Of a stretch of DNA of 64,000 nt, positions 37,792-47,484 are shown piece by piece. The stretch lies in IMG/VR virus record IMGVR_UViG_3300020577_006613, positions 1 through 64,000 of that record. The stretch is one strand, 5' to 3'. Origin of the DNA: a virus. Its lineage: Duplodnaviria; Caudoviricetes. The position numbers were made by a program, and so were the translations under genes. Below the pieces are notes generated by a model. The model did no database searches. It saw only the letters and a list, made by a program, of their open reading frames with translations, and was not told where the DNA came from. Each line of letters opens with the position of its first letter. Positions within the stretch are counted from its first letter, which is position 1.

Positions 37792-39147
37792 ATGGACACT
37801 AACCGAGTATACAACAACGCCAATCTTGAAAAGAAGCGCCGGAAGAAACTTCAAGAAGAAGCGGCTGCGAGTAGCCTCACAAAGTCTCGTCAACAGTTCC
37901 AGCCCAAGCACAACAGGATTGACATTGCATACGATGAATCAGTAAATCCGCCCGAAGAAACCAAGAAGTCTTGGAGGCACACAAAAGATAAGCTTGTTGA
38001 ACTCTTTGATTCAGTTTCAGGTAACGATAAAGCCTATCTTCTTCGGCTGCTGAAGGTTGTTGAAAAAGAAACCGACTTCTTCGAAGACGAACGCTACTGT
38101 CTCAAGTTCATTGAGGGTTGTCGTGAACTCGCCCGATGGGGCGATTATTGGATTCGTCAACCCGAAGATTGGGTAAACAAGACGCACAACGTTGAAAGAC
38201 AGTTCCTTGGCCTTGTCAATCACCTGCTTGCTAAGTACAAAGTGCCTGCCTTCATGCACAAGTGCTTTTACGCGAACAATCAAGTAAACCGCAAGCACCA
38301 AGAGTGGTTCATGCATCTCGGAAGCGGTCAGAACATCAGGAATGCCAACGGTCTTCCTTTTCCACTTACGAAGATGATGGCGCATCACTTCACTCAAACT
38401 CCTGAAAACTTCTCTGTTCAGGAAGCCTTTACTTTTGCTCGCATTCGCTCTATTGGAGGTTCCAAGGGGCTTATTGAAGCATGGCTTGGTAGCCGCATGG
38501 CTAATACTCACTCGAACTCCGAGTTCTGGGATTCGGTACTTCGCTTCTTCATTGACAACCCTATGCTCGACCTTAATCAGGTTGGCCCTATTATTGACTA
38601 CCTCTACAATCAAAAGTTCGTTGATAACATGGAACTCACTCAGGATGGTCAAAGAATTAATCACGGCCCTCCGCAGCCCTTCTTATCCATGAAGGGTCGT
38701 AATCCTGAAGTTCTTCTTGATCAGGTTGAGAAGTGGCACACTCAAACAGCAAAGCTCAAGAAGAGAGGAGCTTTCGTTCAATGGAAGCCTTGCGGTATCG
38801 ACGGAGCGCGTTTTGAGGAAGGCGCTGGCCCTGGCAAGAAGGCTTTCATCATTACTGAACTTCTTAATTCCAGCGAACTCAAGGAAGAAGGCAGAGAAAT
38901 GAGTCACTGCGTTGGCTCCTACTCTGATTCTTGCTCTTCTGGTCGCTGCGCTGTATTCTCTTTGCGTCAGGTTGAAGGCGACGGCATTGGCCGCAAGGCA
39001 ACCATCTCTATCAACTTCACCCCGAGTAAAGTCTTGAATGAAGCTCGCGGCAAGAGAAATGATGTTCTTTCGCAGAACATTTCTCGTCTTGTTCGTTCTT
39101 GGGCAAATGCAAGGTCTATTACAATCTCATCTTGGGCGAGAATCTAA
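37792..39147 (+). CDS. PcfJ-like domain protein
   Basis: C-terminal EL..EG.EMSHCVGSY..VFSLR..AT. Confidence 0.7.
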   Translation: MDTNRVYNNANLEKKRRKKLQEEAAASSLTKSRQQFQPKHNRIDIAYDESVNPPEETKKSWRHTKDKLVELFDSVSGNDKAYLLRLLKVVEKETDFFEDERYCLKFIEGCRELARWGDYWIRQPEDWVNKTHNVERQFLGLVNHLLAKYKVPAFMHKCFYANNQVNRKHQEWFMHLGSGQNIRNANGLPFPLTKMMAHHFTQTPENFSVQEAFTFARIRSIGGSKGLIEAWLGSRMANTHSNSEFWDSVLRFFIDNPMLDLNQVGPIIDYLYNQKFVDNMELTQDGQRINHGPPQPFLSMKGRNPEVLLDQVEKWHTQTAKLKKRGAFVQWKPCGIDGARFEEGAGPGKKAFIITELLNSSELKEEGREMSHCVGSYSDSCSSGRCAVFSLRQVEGDGIGRKATISINFTPSKVLNEARGKRNDVLSQNISRLVRSWANARSITISSWARI

Positions 39148-39747
39148 ATGCACTGGCGAGAATGGCATCCTGAATTATCATCTCAAAAGACCCTAAAAGA
39201 GGTTCTGTCTGAGATGCCAAGAGTTGCTCCTGACAAGATTCCCTGGCAAGTAAGGTTGCTTGAGAATCCTGAAAGTTCGGTAGCTTTTCCTGGCGCAATA
39301 TCTCTTTTCAGGCACGACTGCATTCATGCCATTCTTTGTGCTTCTTTTCATCCATTAGATGAAGCCTTTGTTATTGGCTTCACTATGGGCAGCGATAAGC
39401 GTATGACAAAGAGGCTTGCAAGATTTTTCATGTGGCTCACAACTTGGTTTTATCCCAAGAAGTATAGATTCAAAAAGCAAGACCTTTTTCAGTTTGCTAA
39501 AGGGTTAGCTTTTGCAAGAAGAAGTCAGGTTACGAATCTTGCTGATTTTCGGTTTGAGGATTATCAGGATTGTACCCTTCTTCAACTCAGACAAACTCTT
39601 GGTATAAATTGGCTTGACAATGACCAAGAATACCGTCAATGGTCTAAAAGATGGGGACTCTACCAGTTCTGCATAAACGATGAATGCAGGTTTGACTGTT
39701 GGCTTCGAGCAAAAGCCGAGTCTCAAGAAAGCACAAATGGCGGCTAG
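39148..39747 (+). CDS. Hypothetical protein with Coq4-like HDxxH..E motif
   Basis: HDCIHAIL..DEAFVIGFTMG. Confidence 0.5.
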   Translation: MHWREWHPELSSQKTLKEVLSEMPRVAPDKIPWQVRLLENPESSVAFPGAISLFRHDCIHAILCASFHPLDEAFVIGFTMGSDKRMTKRLARFFMWLTTWFYPKKYRFKKQDLFQFAKGLAFARRSQVTNLADFRFEDYQDCTLLQLRQTLGINWLDNDQEYRQWSKRWGLYQFCINDECRFDCWLRAKAESQESTNGG

Positions 39748-39753
39748 ACTTTC
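39742..39753 (+). promoter_or_regulatory. GGCTAGACTTTC motif, copy 5
   Basis: Exact match; its TAG is the upstream stop codon. Confidence 0.7.
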
Positions 39754-39776
39754 AACTCAAAGCCTAGAATACCGTC

Positions 39777-40277
39777 ATGCTAGACCTTCTCCTCAAAGCT
39801 GAAGCCGAACTTCCGCAACTCCTATTGGAGGGTGGATGGCGCAATGTTCATGTCATTTACGACAAGCCTCATGTCGAAAGATTGTGGCGTCAATGGGGAG
39901 AAAACCGCATAAGCCTACATGTGATTCATCCATGCGATGAATCAGAATCTTTCTTTCATCCTCATCCTTGGCCTTCTGCTATGAGGGTCTTGAGCGGTGA
40001 GTATGCCATGAAAGTTGGTTTTGGAGAGGGACTGGTAACGCCTCCAACGGCATCAACTCTTGTTCTTTCTCCTGGCAGCGTTTATGAAATGACTCACAAA
40101 GACGCATGGCATTCTGTGATACCGAAAACAGTATGTTGGACCGTCATGGTTTCTGGTAAGCCTTGGGAAAGAGAAATGCCTCAAGAACCCAAGGAAAAGC
40201 AGCCTTCGCTGGATATTGACAGGATCTATGAGGTTTTGTCTTTCTTCCAGCAAAAGTACCCGTTAGTAGGGGGATAA
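39777..40277 (+). CDS. Cupin-fold protein
   Basis: FHPHPW..VLSG.Y, WHSV. Confidence 0.6.
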   Translation: MLDLLLKAEAELPQLLLEGGWRNVHVIYDKPHVERLWRQWGENRISLHVIHPCDESESFFHPHPWPSAMRVLSGEYAMKVGFGEGLVTPPTASTLVLSPGSVYEMTHKDAWHSVIPKTVCWTVMVSGKPWEREMPQEPKEKQPSLDIDRIYEVLSFFQQKYPLVGG

Positions 40278-40477
40278 AATGGAATCTTGCTGCGATATGA
40301 TGAAAGAACAACTTGAGAGTAAGTGTGAAAAACACCCTCGCAAAGTCGATTGTCCCGATGTAGTTGTTATTGAAACCTCAAAGGGGTTGGCCCTTCCCAT
40401 AAGGGATGGTGGAGATAGCTTTCTCGTCATAAACTTCTGTCCTTGGTGCGCAAAACCTGTCTCCAAGAACTAATATT

Positions 40478-40500
40478 GTCCTCGTAGCTCAATGGATAGA
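40478..40500 (+). pseudogene. 5' fragment of a disrupted tRNA (probably Arg)
   Basis: GTCCTCG-TAGCTCAATGGATAGA; the acceptor strand pairs with CGAGGAC at 41024-41030. Confidence 0.8.
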
Positions 40501-40505
40501 AATTT

Positions 40506-40579
40506 GCCCGCTTAGCTCAGTTGGATAGAGCAGATGATTTCTAATCATCAGGTCAGGGGTTCGAATCCCTTAGCGGGCG
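40506..40579 (+). tRNA. tRNA-Arg (UCU), nested inside the disrupted tRNA
   Basis: Canonical cloverleaf, GATGA-TTTCTAA-TCATC. Confidence 0.92.
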
Positions 40580-40639
40580 CTTTGGATAGAAAAAGGATTT
40601 CTAAGCGTTTCTTTGTATTCATCTCTATGGAGGTGGATT

Positions 40640-40996
40640 ATGAAGAAATGCACAAGGTGCCAGTTAGAAAAGAAAGATTCAGAGTTCTACGAAAAAAGAC
40701 CAGACAGAAAACAATCGCTTTGTAAGCCTTGTTTCAATGACTATTGTGTTGAAAGATGGATTCAACGAAAAAAAGACGCTGTTGCATATAAGGGTGGAAA
40801 ATGCAAAATTTGCGGCTACAACAAGAACTACGCGGCTCTTGAATTTCATCATCGAGATTCATCTACGAAAGATTTCGAATGGGTAAAACTTAGGCTCTAC
40901 AAATGGGATAGAGTTCTTGAAGAACTGGATAAATGCGATTTGCTTTGCAGTAACTGCCATGTTGAATTTCATCATCCACAACAGTCTATAAGCTAA
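40640..40996 (+). mobile_element. HNH homing endonuclease
   Basis: CTRC..CKPC Zn finger; GGKCKICGY..ALEFHH.D...K ... LLCSNCH..H. Confidence 0.85.
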
Positions 40997-41031
40997 GCGG
41001 CAGGTTACTGGTTCGAGTCCAGTCGAGGACG
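40993..41031 (+). pseudogene. 3' fragment of the disrupted tRNA
   Basis: CTAA-GCGGC-AGGTT-ACTGG-TTCGAGT-CCAGT-CGAGGAC-G. Confidence 0.8.
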
Positions 41032-41500
41032 TTTGTAAAAGGAACAAAGAATGAAGTACATTTGCCTGATTTGTGGTGTTCTGTTGATCGCTCTTGCTCT
41101 TCTTTCTTGGATTTTCTACGGTCTAAAGAGTGGAGATCAAGGCGCAGGCTACGTTTTCGTGGGCATTGCTGGCGCTGTTATTGCTGGTTGGGGTGTTTCT
41201 ATTTACGAAAAAGAAATGAAGAGATAATCATGGACACACAAGACTTTGCTCGTTTTATGCTTCGCCCTATTGAGTGGGCCAAAACTCAGTACGCAGAGGC
41301 TTTTTGCCTCTTCGGTTTGATGGTTTTTATCGGCGTACTGTGGGGAACAATGTTCCTGGCTTTCGGTCTGCCGATTGTCTTTTGGATTCTTGCTGGTATA
41401 GGCTTTGTTGGACTGATTTTGTTCCTCGTAACTCTTGTTCTCTTCGCTATGGAAGAGAAGCGAAAGGAACGAGAAGTTCTTGAACGCAGAAAGAAGAACG

Positions 41501-42964
41501 ATGCATCTAAGCGAACTTGAACAGGTAAGAAAGGCGCGTCTCGATAAGATTCGAGAGCTTAATGTTGATCCGTATGGATGCGCCATTCAGGGTGTTGAAA
41601 AGATCGCAAGCCTTGTGGACAATTTTAGAGTTGGCGAGCCTCTTGCTCCCAATCCTGAAAGCCTTTTCTATTCAACTCCTCGCAGAGCGCAGGGTCGCAT
41701 TGTTCTCCGCAGAGACAATGGTGGCCTAATCTGGTTCAAGATCAGAGATGACTCTGGCGAGATTCAGGTTGCTTTTAGCAAGAAGTCTGCAAGCGAACCA
41801 GAAAACTTTGCTCTTGCAAAGCTTACCGATCTTGGCGATATCATCGCCGTTGACGGCCCTATTCGCCGTACTCAAACCGGCGAAATCACTATTTGGGCAA
41901 GCAGGATTTATCTTGCATGCAAGAGCCTTACGCATCCTCCCGATAAGGTAGAAGGATTGCAAGATGTAGAGATTAGGTATCGCCAACGATACCTTGATAT
42001 GGCCTTTAACAGCGACTTTACTCGCCGTTTGCAGGACAGATCAAGAATCATTTCTCTCTTGCGCAAGGCCTTTGAGAGCCGCAGATACATTGAAGTTGAA
42101 ACTCCCATGCTGCACCCCATTGCTGGTGGTGCAGCGGCGCGGCCATTTGCAACGCATCTCAATGCTCTTGATATCCCATTGTTTATGAGAATCGCTCCTG
42201 AACTCTATCTCAAGAGATTGATTGTCGGCGGCATGTCAAGGGTTTTCGAGATCAACCGTAACTTCAGAAATGAAGGCGTTGACGCAACGCATAATCCTGA
42301 GTTTACTGCGCTCGAAGCCTACGGAATCAACGAGACTGCTCAAAGCCTTATGATGATGGTTGAGGAAATCATTAAGGAAGTTGTTTTCTCCATTGACAAT
42401 ACTCCTCATGACCACCAGGGTATTTTCAAGTTCGGAGAGCATCTGGTTGATTTCAACCAGCCTTTTAGAGTTGTTTCTTTCAAGGAACTCTTCCAAAGAG
42501 GCGTTAGCAGAGACATTCTCCAAGAAACTGACTTTATCAAGGCTAATAAGCTTTTCGAAGAGTTTTGTGAGCCTTTGATTGATCCGAATGTTCCAACATT
42601 CGTTTATGGCTATCCATCAGCCATTTCGCCTTTGACAAAGACGATTGCAGGAGCGGAAGTTCTTTCTCAGCGAGCAGACCTTTTCATTGGCGGCATGGAA
42701 ATCGGAACCATCTATACGGAACAGAACGATCCGCAGGTTCAGTTTGATGTCTTCAATCAACAGCTTTCTGATGACGAAGAATCAACTCATCGCACAATGG
42801 ATACCGACTTTGTTGAAGCGTTGAAGGTTGGTATGCCTCCAACTGGCGGGTTGGGTATCGGGGTTGACCGACTTGTTATGCTTTTGACTGGACAGACCAG
42901 CGTAAGAGATGTCATTGCCTTCCCGTTCATGCGACCGCTTGAAGTTCCGCAAAATCAAGGCTAA
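41501..42964 (+). CDS. lysS: Lysyl-tRNA synthetase, class II
   Basis: OB domain, RYRQRYLD, VETPML..GGAAARPF.TH, RIAPELYLKRL, FRNEG..HNPEF, GMPPTGGLGIGVDRL. Confidence 0.95.
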   Translation: MHLSELEQVRKARLDKIRELNVDPYGCAIQGVEKIASLVDNFRVGEPLAPNPESLFYSTPRRAQGRIVLRRDNGGLIWFKIRDDSGEIQVAFSKKSASEPENFALAKLTDLGDIIAVDGPIRRTQTGEITIWASRIYLACKSLTHPPDKVEGLQDVEIRYRQRYLDMAFNSDFTRRLQDRSRIISLLRKAFESRRYIEVETPMLHPIAGGAAARPFATHLNALDIPLFMRIAPELYLKRLIVGGMSRVFEINRNFRNEGVDATHNPEFTALEAYGINETAQSLMMMVEEIIKEVVFSIDNTPHDHQGIFKFGEHLVDFNQPFRVVSFKELFQRGVSRDILQETDFIKANKLFEEFCEPLIDPNVPTFVYGYPSAISPLTKTIAGAEVLSQRADLFIGGMEIGTIYTEQNDPQVQFDVFNQQLSDDEESTHRTMDTDFVEALKVGMPPTGGLGIGVDRLVMLLTGQTSVRDVIAFPFMRPLEVPQNQG

Positions 42965-42983
42965 ACTCGCTGTCCTTAGACAA

Positions 42984-42995
42984 GGCTAGACTTTC
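42984..42995 (+). promoter_or_regulatory. GGCTAGACTTTC motif, copy 6
   Basis: Exact match upstream of the RNA ligase gene. Confidence 0.7.
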
Positions 42996-43014
42996 CGAAA
43001 GAAAGAAGAGAGTA

Positions 43015-44025
43015 ATGAGCAGCACTATTGTTTCAACTCGCAGAATTGATCAGGTTTCTTCGCACCCTAATGCTGAGAAGCTTGAACTTGCCATCGTTGG
43101 TGGGTGGCAGTGCTGCGTACAAAAGGGTAAGTACAAGTCTGGTGACTTGATTACCTACATCCCGCCCGATTCGGTTCTTCCTGTTGCCTTGTCTGACTCT
43201 CTCGGAGTCACTAAGTTTCTAAGCAACGGTCGTATCATCCCTATCCGTCTGCGCAATGAAGCGTCTTTCGGGTTGGTTATCGATCCCGTTGGCAACGAAG
43301 GCGACAACGTTGCTGATCAGCTTGGTATTACCAAGTATCAACCTCCTGTTGACCCGAACGACAAGGAAGCAGAGGCAAGCAACCCCTTCTTTACTACTTA
43401 TACCGACATTGAGAATCTTCGCAACTTCACTGATGTCTTTCAGGATGGAGAAGAAGTTGTAGTTACCGAGAAGATTCATGGCAAGAACTCTCGTCTTGGG
43501 TACATTCTCAATGATGATGGAGTCTGGCAGCGACTTGCTGGTGGTCGTACTGTTCAGAGAAAGAACACTCCGGGATCTGCGCATTGGTATCCCTGGTCTT
43601 TGCCTCAGATGAACCTTCTTGCTGGGGCTATTCTTGCCGATCCAAAGGTTGCTCGCCAGATTGTTATGTTTGGCGAAATCTTTGGCAATCAGAAGAAAAT
43701 GAAGTACGGTCTTCCTGGCGTACTTGGTTATCGCATGTTTGATCTGTTTACTGATGGTTCCTACTGGAACTACGATAACATGCATGACCTTGCGACTCAG
43801 TGCGGAGTTGAAACCGTTCCCGTTCTTTACCGTGGTCCATACTCTTTGGCTAAGATCGTTGAGCTTAGCAAAGGCAAGTCAACTATTCCTGGCGCTGATC
43901 ATATTCGTGAAGGCGTGGTTGTTCGTCCAGTTGTTGAACGATTGAATCCCAAGGTTGGTCGGGTTATTTTGAAGTACGTTTCCGACGACTATCTTTGCGG
44001 CGACTTCGACGCTTCTGGCGAGTAA
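43015..44025 (+). CDS. RNA ligase, DRB0094 family
   Basis: HPNAEKLE..V.GWQ N-domain, TEKIHG, GEIFG, REGVVVRP, LK.VS..Y. Confidence 0.88.
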   Translation: MSSTIVSTRRIDQVSSHPNAEKLELAIVGGWQCCVQKGKYKSGDLITYIPPDSVLPVALSDSLGVTKFLSNGRIIPIRLRNEASFGLVIDPVGNEGDNVADQLGITKYQPPVDPNDKEAEASNPFFTTYTDIENLRNFTDVFQDGEEVVVTEKIHGKNSRLGYILNDDGVWQRLAGGRTVQRKNTPGSAHWYPWSLPQMNLLAGAILADPKVARQIVMFGEIFGNQKKMKYGLPGVLGYRMFDLFTDGSYWNYDNMHDLATQCGVETVPVLYRGPYSLAKIVELSKGKSTIPGADHIREGVVVRPVVERLNPKVGRVILKYVSDDYLCGDFDASGE

Positions 44026-44031
44026 GGCCAA

Positions 44032-44043
44032 GGCTAGACTTTC
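44032..44043 (+). promoter_or_regulatory. GGCTAGACTTTC motif, copy 7
   Basis: Exact match upstream of NAMPT. Confidence 0.7.
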
Positions 44044-44076
44044 CATCGCAAAGCAAAAGCAACGAAAGGCTCTATC

Positions 44077-45660
44077 ATGACAAACGGAATTGCTGGTCTT
44101 CTGAATCTTGCTCGTTTCTCTCGGATGCGTCATCTTCAGCTTTGCGTTGGTTCTGCAACCGACAGCTACAAGATGACTCACTGGAAGATTTACCCTGATG
44201 GTCTTTCTTCCATGTCCTCTTACCTGGAAGCTCGTTCTGCTTCTGACTTCGCAGACGAAACAGTGTTCTTCGGTTTGCAGTATTTCATCAAGCGATTCCT
44301 GATTGGTGAAGTTATTACGCTTCGAGACCTGCCCCGTCTCAAGGCTTTCTGCAAGAATCACTTCTACGGCGTTGAAGGCCTCTTTAATGAAGAGGGATGG
44401 CGATACATCATCAGTCATCACAAGGGTCGTTTGCCGGTAAGCATTCGGGCGGTTGCTGAAGGAACGGTTGTTCCTGTTGGTAATGCTCTCATGGTTATCA
44501 AGGAAACCGATCCGAAGTGCGCTTGGCTGACCAACTTCCTTGAAACCCTGCTTGTCGAGGTTTGGAATCCCATCACCGTAGCGTCTCTTTCTCGCGCTAT
44601 GAAGAAGACGCAGTACGAATTCATGAACAAGACAATGGATAGCGATGAACTTCTTCGCATCCTGATGCCTTCCAGAGTTCACGACTTTGGTTATCGTGGC
44701 GTTTCTTCGCCCGAAACCGCCGGTCTCTCTGGCGCTGCCCACCTTGTTAACTTTGTTGGAACCGATACGATTGCCGCAATCGACCTGATCGATCAGTTCT
44801 ACCGAGGCAACGAGTTCAATGAACTGTTTGATCAGGATCTGACGGGCGAGTTTGACGAAAACGCTTCTTATGAGCGTTGGGATGCCTATTACAAGGCAAA
44901 CATGCCTGGTTTCAGCATTCCTGCTACCGAACACTCGCAGATGACGCTTGGCGGCGAACTTGGCGAAAGAGACATTCTTGAGAACTACATCAGGAAGTTC
45001 CCCTCTGGCTTTATTGCCTGCGTTATCGACTCGTTCGATACGTTCAACTTCATCAACAGCATTTCTGGTGGCGACCTCAAGGCTGAGGTTCTTGGTCGAG
45101 ACGGTGTTCTTGTTCACCGTCCTGACTCTGGCGATCCTCCGAAGATGGTTGTTGATGTTCTCAATGCCCTTGGAATTAGGTTTGGTTATCGCACCAACGG
45201 CAAGGGCTACAAGGTTCTGAATGACAAGGTTCGCGTTATTCAGGGCGACGGAGTGAACTATCACTCTCACCGCAAGATTCTTGAAGCCGTTGTTGCTGCT
45301 GGCTGGTCTGTTGAAAACCTTGCCTTTGGTTCTGGCGGCGCTCTGTTGCAGAAGGTGAACCGCGATACCTTTAGCTTTGCATTCAAGTGCAGCTACGCCG
45401 TTGTTGACGGCGCTCCTCGGGCAGTATTCAAGAAGCCCAAGACTGATCCTCGTAAGAACAGCAAGCGCGGCGAACTCGCTCTGGTTATTTACAACACCAA
45501 CTACATTACTGTTCCTCTTGAAGAGGCCAACAACTACCCAAGCGGAGATATGTTGAAGGAAGTTTTCCGTAACGGAGAACTCCTGATTGAGTACGATTTC
45601 TCCGATATCAGAGCGAGGGCCGAACTCCCTGAGCTTATGGCCGCTGCAAGTGTAAACTGA
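44077..45660 (+). CDS. nadV: Nicotinamide phosphoribosyltransferase
   Basis: TDSYK..H, FFGLQY, HDFGYRG, IPATEHS, RPDSGDP, IQGDG, FGSGGALLQ. Confidence 0.92.
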   Translation: MTNGIAGLLNLARFSRMRHLQLCVGSATDSYKMTHWKIYPDGLSSMSSYLEARSASDFADETVFFGLQYFIKRFLIGEVITLRDLPRLKAFCKNHFYGVEGLFNEEGWRYIISHHKGRLPVSIRAVAEGTVVPVGNALMVIKETDPKCAWLTNFLETLLVEVWNPITVASLSRAMKKTQYEFMNKTMDSDELLRILMPSRVHDFGYRGVSSPETAGLSGAAHLVNFVGTDTIAAIDLIDQFYRGNEFNELFDQDLTGEFDENASYERWDAYYKANMPGFSIPATEHSQMTLGGELGERDILENYIRKFPSGFIACVIDSFDTFNFINSISGGDLKAEVLGRDGVLVHRPDSGDPPKMVVDVLNALGIRFGYRTNGKGYKVLNDKVRVIQGDGVNYHSHRKILEAVVAAGWSVENLAFGSGGALLQKVNRDTFSFAFKCSYAVVDGAPRAVFKKPKTDPRKNSKRGELALVIYNTNYITVPLEEANNYPSGDMLKEVFRNGELLIEYDFSDIRARAELPELMAAASVN

Positions 45661-45705
45661 TGCGGCTATACTCTCCTCACTCAGATGAATGCTAAAGGTA
45701 GAAAC

Positions 45706-46773
45706 ATGACGAAAAGAAAGAATAGTCTCGGTAAGTTGTTGGTGGTTTTGCTTTCATGCCTGATGGTTTGCTCGTTTTCAAACGAAGCATACGGACAAAG
45801 AGCAAGTCGTGGTGGCGGTTCTTCTTCCAAAGCTTCTAAGCCTTCTTCTCGTCCTGCTGCCAAGCCTTCAAGCCCTAGCAAAACACCTTCTCGCAGTCCT
45901 TCCGTAAGCAAGCCCTCTGCTCCAAAATCAAAGCCTGCTGTTGCGCCAAGCAGGTCTCCAAGCGTTTCAAAGCCTTCTTCTAAGCCAACACCTGCTGCAA
46001 CACCAAGCAGGTCTCCAAGTGTTTCAAAGCCCTCTTCTAAGTCAACACCTGTTGTGACGCCAAGCAGGTCTCCAAGTGTTTCAAAGCCTTCAAGCCCAAG
46101 CATTTCGAAGCCTTCAACAAAGGCTCCTGATGTAAAAGCAACACCACCCGCACCGAAGAGTAACGCAACCAGTAGTGGCAGAAACTCTTCTTTGTCGAAG
46201 CCAAAAACTAGCGATCCTAAGCCTATTTCTACTGCTCTTTCTGGGGAAACAAAGCCTCGTCCCCCTCCGTCAACAAAGGCCACAAGCAGCGGTAGAAATT
46301 CAAGCTTATCAAAGACTACCACTTCCGCCCCAACAATGAGTGCGGCTGACAAGGCTCTTTACGAGAGAGCTAAGCAAAGCGGAACGGTTTATACCAGTCG
46401 AGAGCAAGCGGTAGATAGTTTCAAGACTAAGTATGCTAAGGAATTTACGACCAAGTTTCAGGAAGAACCCAAGGCTCGACCTGCGTATATTCCCTCAACA
46501 TACTCCCCAAGTAGTAACAGTCCTTCGCATACTGTTGTCTACAACCAGCGTTACGGCGGCTATGGATATTGGGACGGCGGCGGTCCTAATCTTGGAACCT
46601 TCATTCTGTATGACGCATTGACTGACGCTGCTGTTACCAGCAATCTTATGACCCAAAAGGGCTACTACTACGGCCCTCCGCCTCCTGCCGGTCATGTCCT
46701 TGTGGTTCTTGGGATTGTTTTCGGAATCATTGTTCTTGTCGTTGTTGTCGGAGCGCTTGTCACAAGGAAGTAA
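45706..46773 (+). CDS. Exported/membrane protein with a Ser/Pro/Lys low-complexity repeat tract
   Basis: Signal peptide, PSRSPSVSKPS repeats, C-terminal TM helix. Confidence 0.7.
   Translation: MTKRKNSLGKLLVVLLSCLMVCSFSNEAYGQRASRGGGSSSKASKPSSRPAAKPSSPSKTPSRSPSVSKPSAPKSKPAVAPSRSPSVSKPSSKPTPAATPSRSPSVSKPSSKSTPVVTPSRSPSVSKPSSPSISKPSTKAPDVKATPPAPKSNATSSGRNSSLSKPKTSDPKPISTALSGETKPRPPPSTKATSSGRNSSLSKTTTSAPTMSAADKALYERAKQSGTVYTSREQAVDSFKTKYAKEFTTKFQEEPKARPAYIPSTYSPSSNSPSHTVVYNQRYGGYGYWDGGGPNLGTFILYDALTDAAVTSNLMTQKGYYYGPPPPAGHVLVVLGIVFGIIVLVVVVGALVTRK
45885..46115 (+). repeat. Coding tandem repeat, about 57-nt period
   Basis: CCAAGCAGGTCTCCAAG(C/T)GTTTCAAAGCC repeated three times, plus degenerate copies. 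Confidence 0.75.
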
Positions 46774-46775
46774 TC

Positions 46776-47441
46776 ATGAAGGTTGAACTCAGTCAAAAAT
46801 TCTGGCGCAGCGTTACGCTAAATAGTCAGGTCAACTTGACTGATCAAGCTGCTCTTGACGCCTCTGCCGCCGAAGGTCGAGGAATGCAAGGCATGGAGTA
46901 TGCCGTAAAGGAAATCCTTTCCATTACGGAAAAGGATAAGCTCTGCGAATGGCTTATCTTCAAGCTGGTTCATCCCAAGCAAACTCTCTATCTCGTTGTT
47001 AAGACGGTTGGAGACGAAGTTGATCTTCGAGTCTTCTATAACCCTGAGTCCATTATTGTTGGCGACCGTAACGACCAACTCAATGCTCAGAACTACTTCA
47101 TGTTCGCCAACCATAACCCCAAGGGCAAAAACAATTTGCTTGGCTTGAAGTATACGCAACAGATTGCGTGGACCTTCGACTACGGTAATGGTCCTCAAGA
47201 AGTCATCTTCAATCAAAAGGGCAACATGGAGTTGACTGGTACGGCTTCTTACCAGCCTCGCCGCTTCGCTGGCGAAACTCTTGTTGCAACCGTTTCGGAG
47301 TATCTTGCCGCAAGCGATACCCCCGAACCTGAAATCATGATTGTTGAAGTCGGAAACACCAAGAGCAAGACTGGCGGAGCCATTCTTCTTCTCGTCGGTA
47401 ACTCAATCAATCAATTCGAAATGTCAATTGTTCGCAAGTAA
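46776..47441 (+). CDS. Hypothetical protein (DUF4178/DUF2491-like) in the PspA module
   Basis: Gene context and a C-terminal EY..E..G.....LLVG..I...E pattern. Confidence 0.45.
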   Translation: MKVELSQKFWRSVTLNSQVNLTDQAALDASAAEGRGMQGMEYAVKEILSITEKDKLCEWLIFKLVHPKQTLYLVVKTVGDEVDLRVFYNPESIIVGDRNDQLNAQNYFMFANHNPKGKNNLLGLKYTQQIAWTFDYGNGPQEVIFNQKGNMELTGTASYQPRRFAGETLVATVSEYLAASDTPEPEIMIVEVGNTKSKTGGAILLLVGNSINQFEMSIVRK

Positions 47442-47484
47442 ACCCGACTTTCTTCGGGTCAAGCAGCTAAGTAGGAGTTTCAAA

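Noticed and set aside
43879-45270. Long antisense ORFs (also 14466-15524, 53861-54970, 27911-28843, 3194-3958)
   Set aside because: They mirror well-supported plus-strand genes and are explained by codon bias.
45885-46115. CRISPR-like array
   Set aside because: The repeats are in-frame coding repeats with related, non-unique spacers; no cas genes are present.
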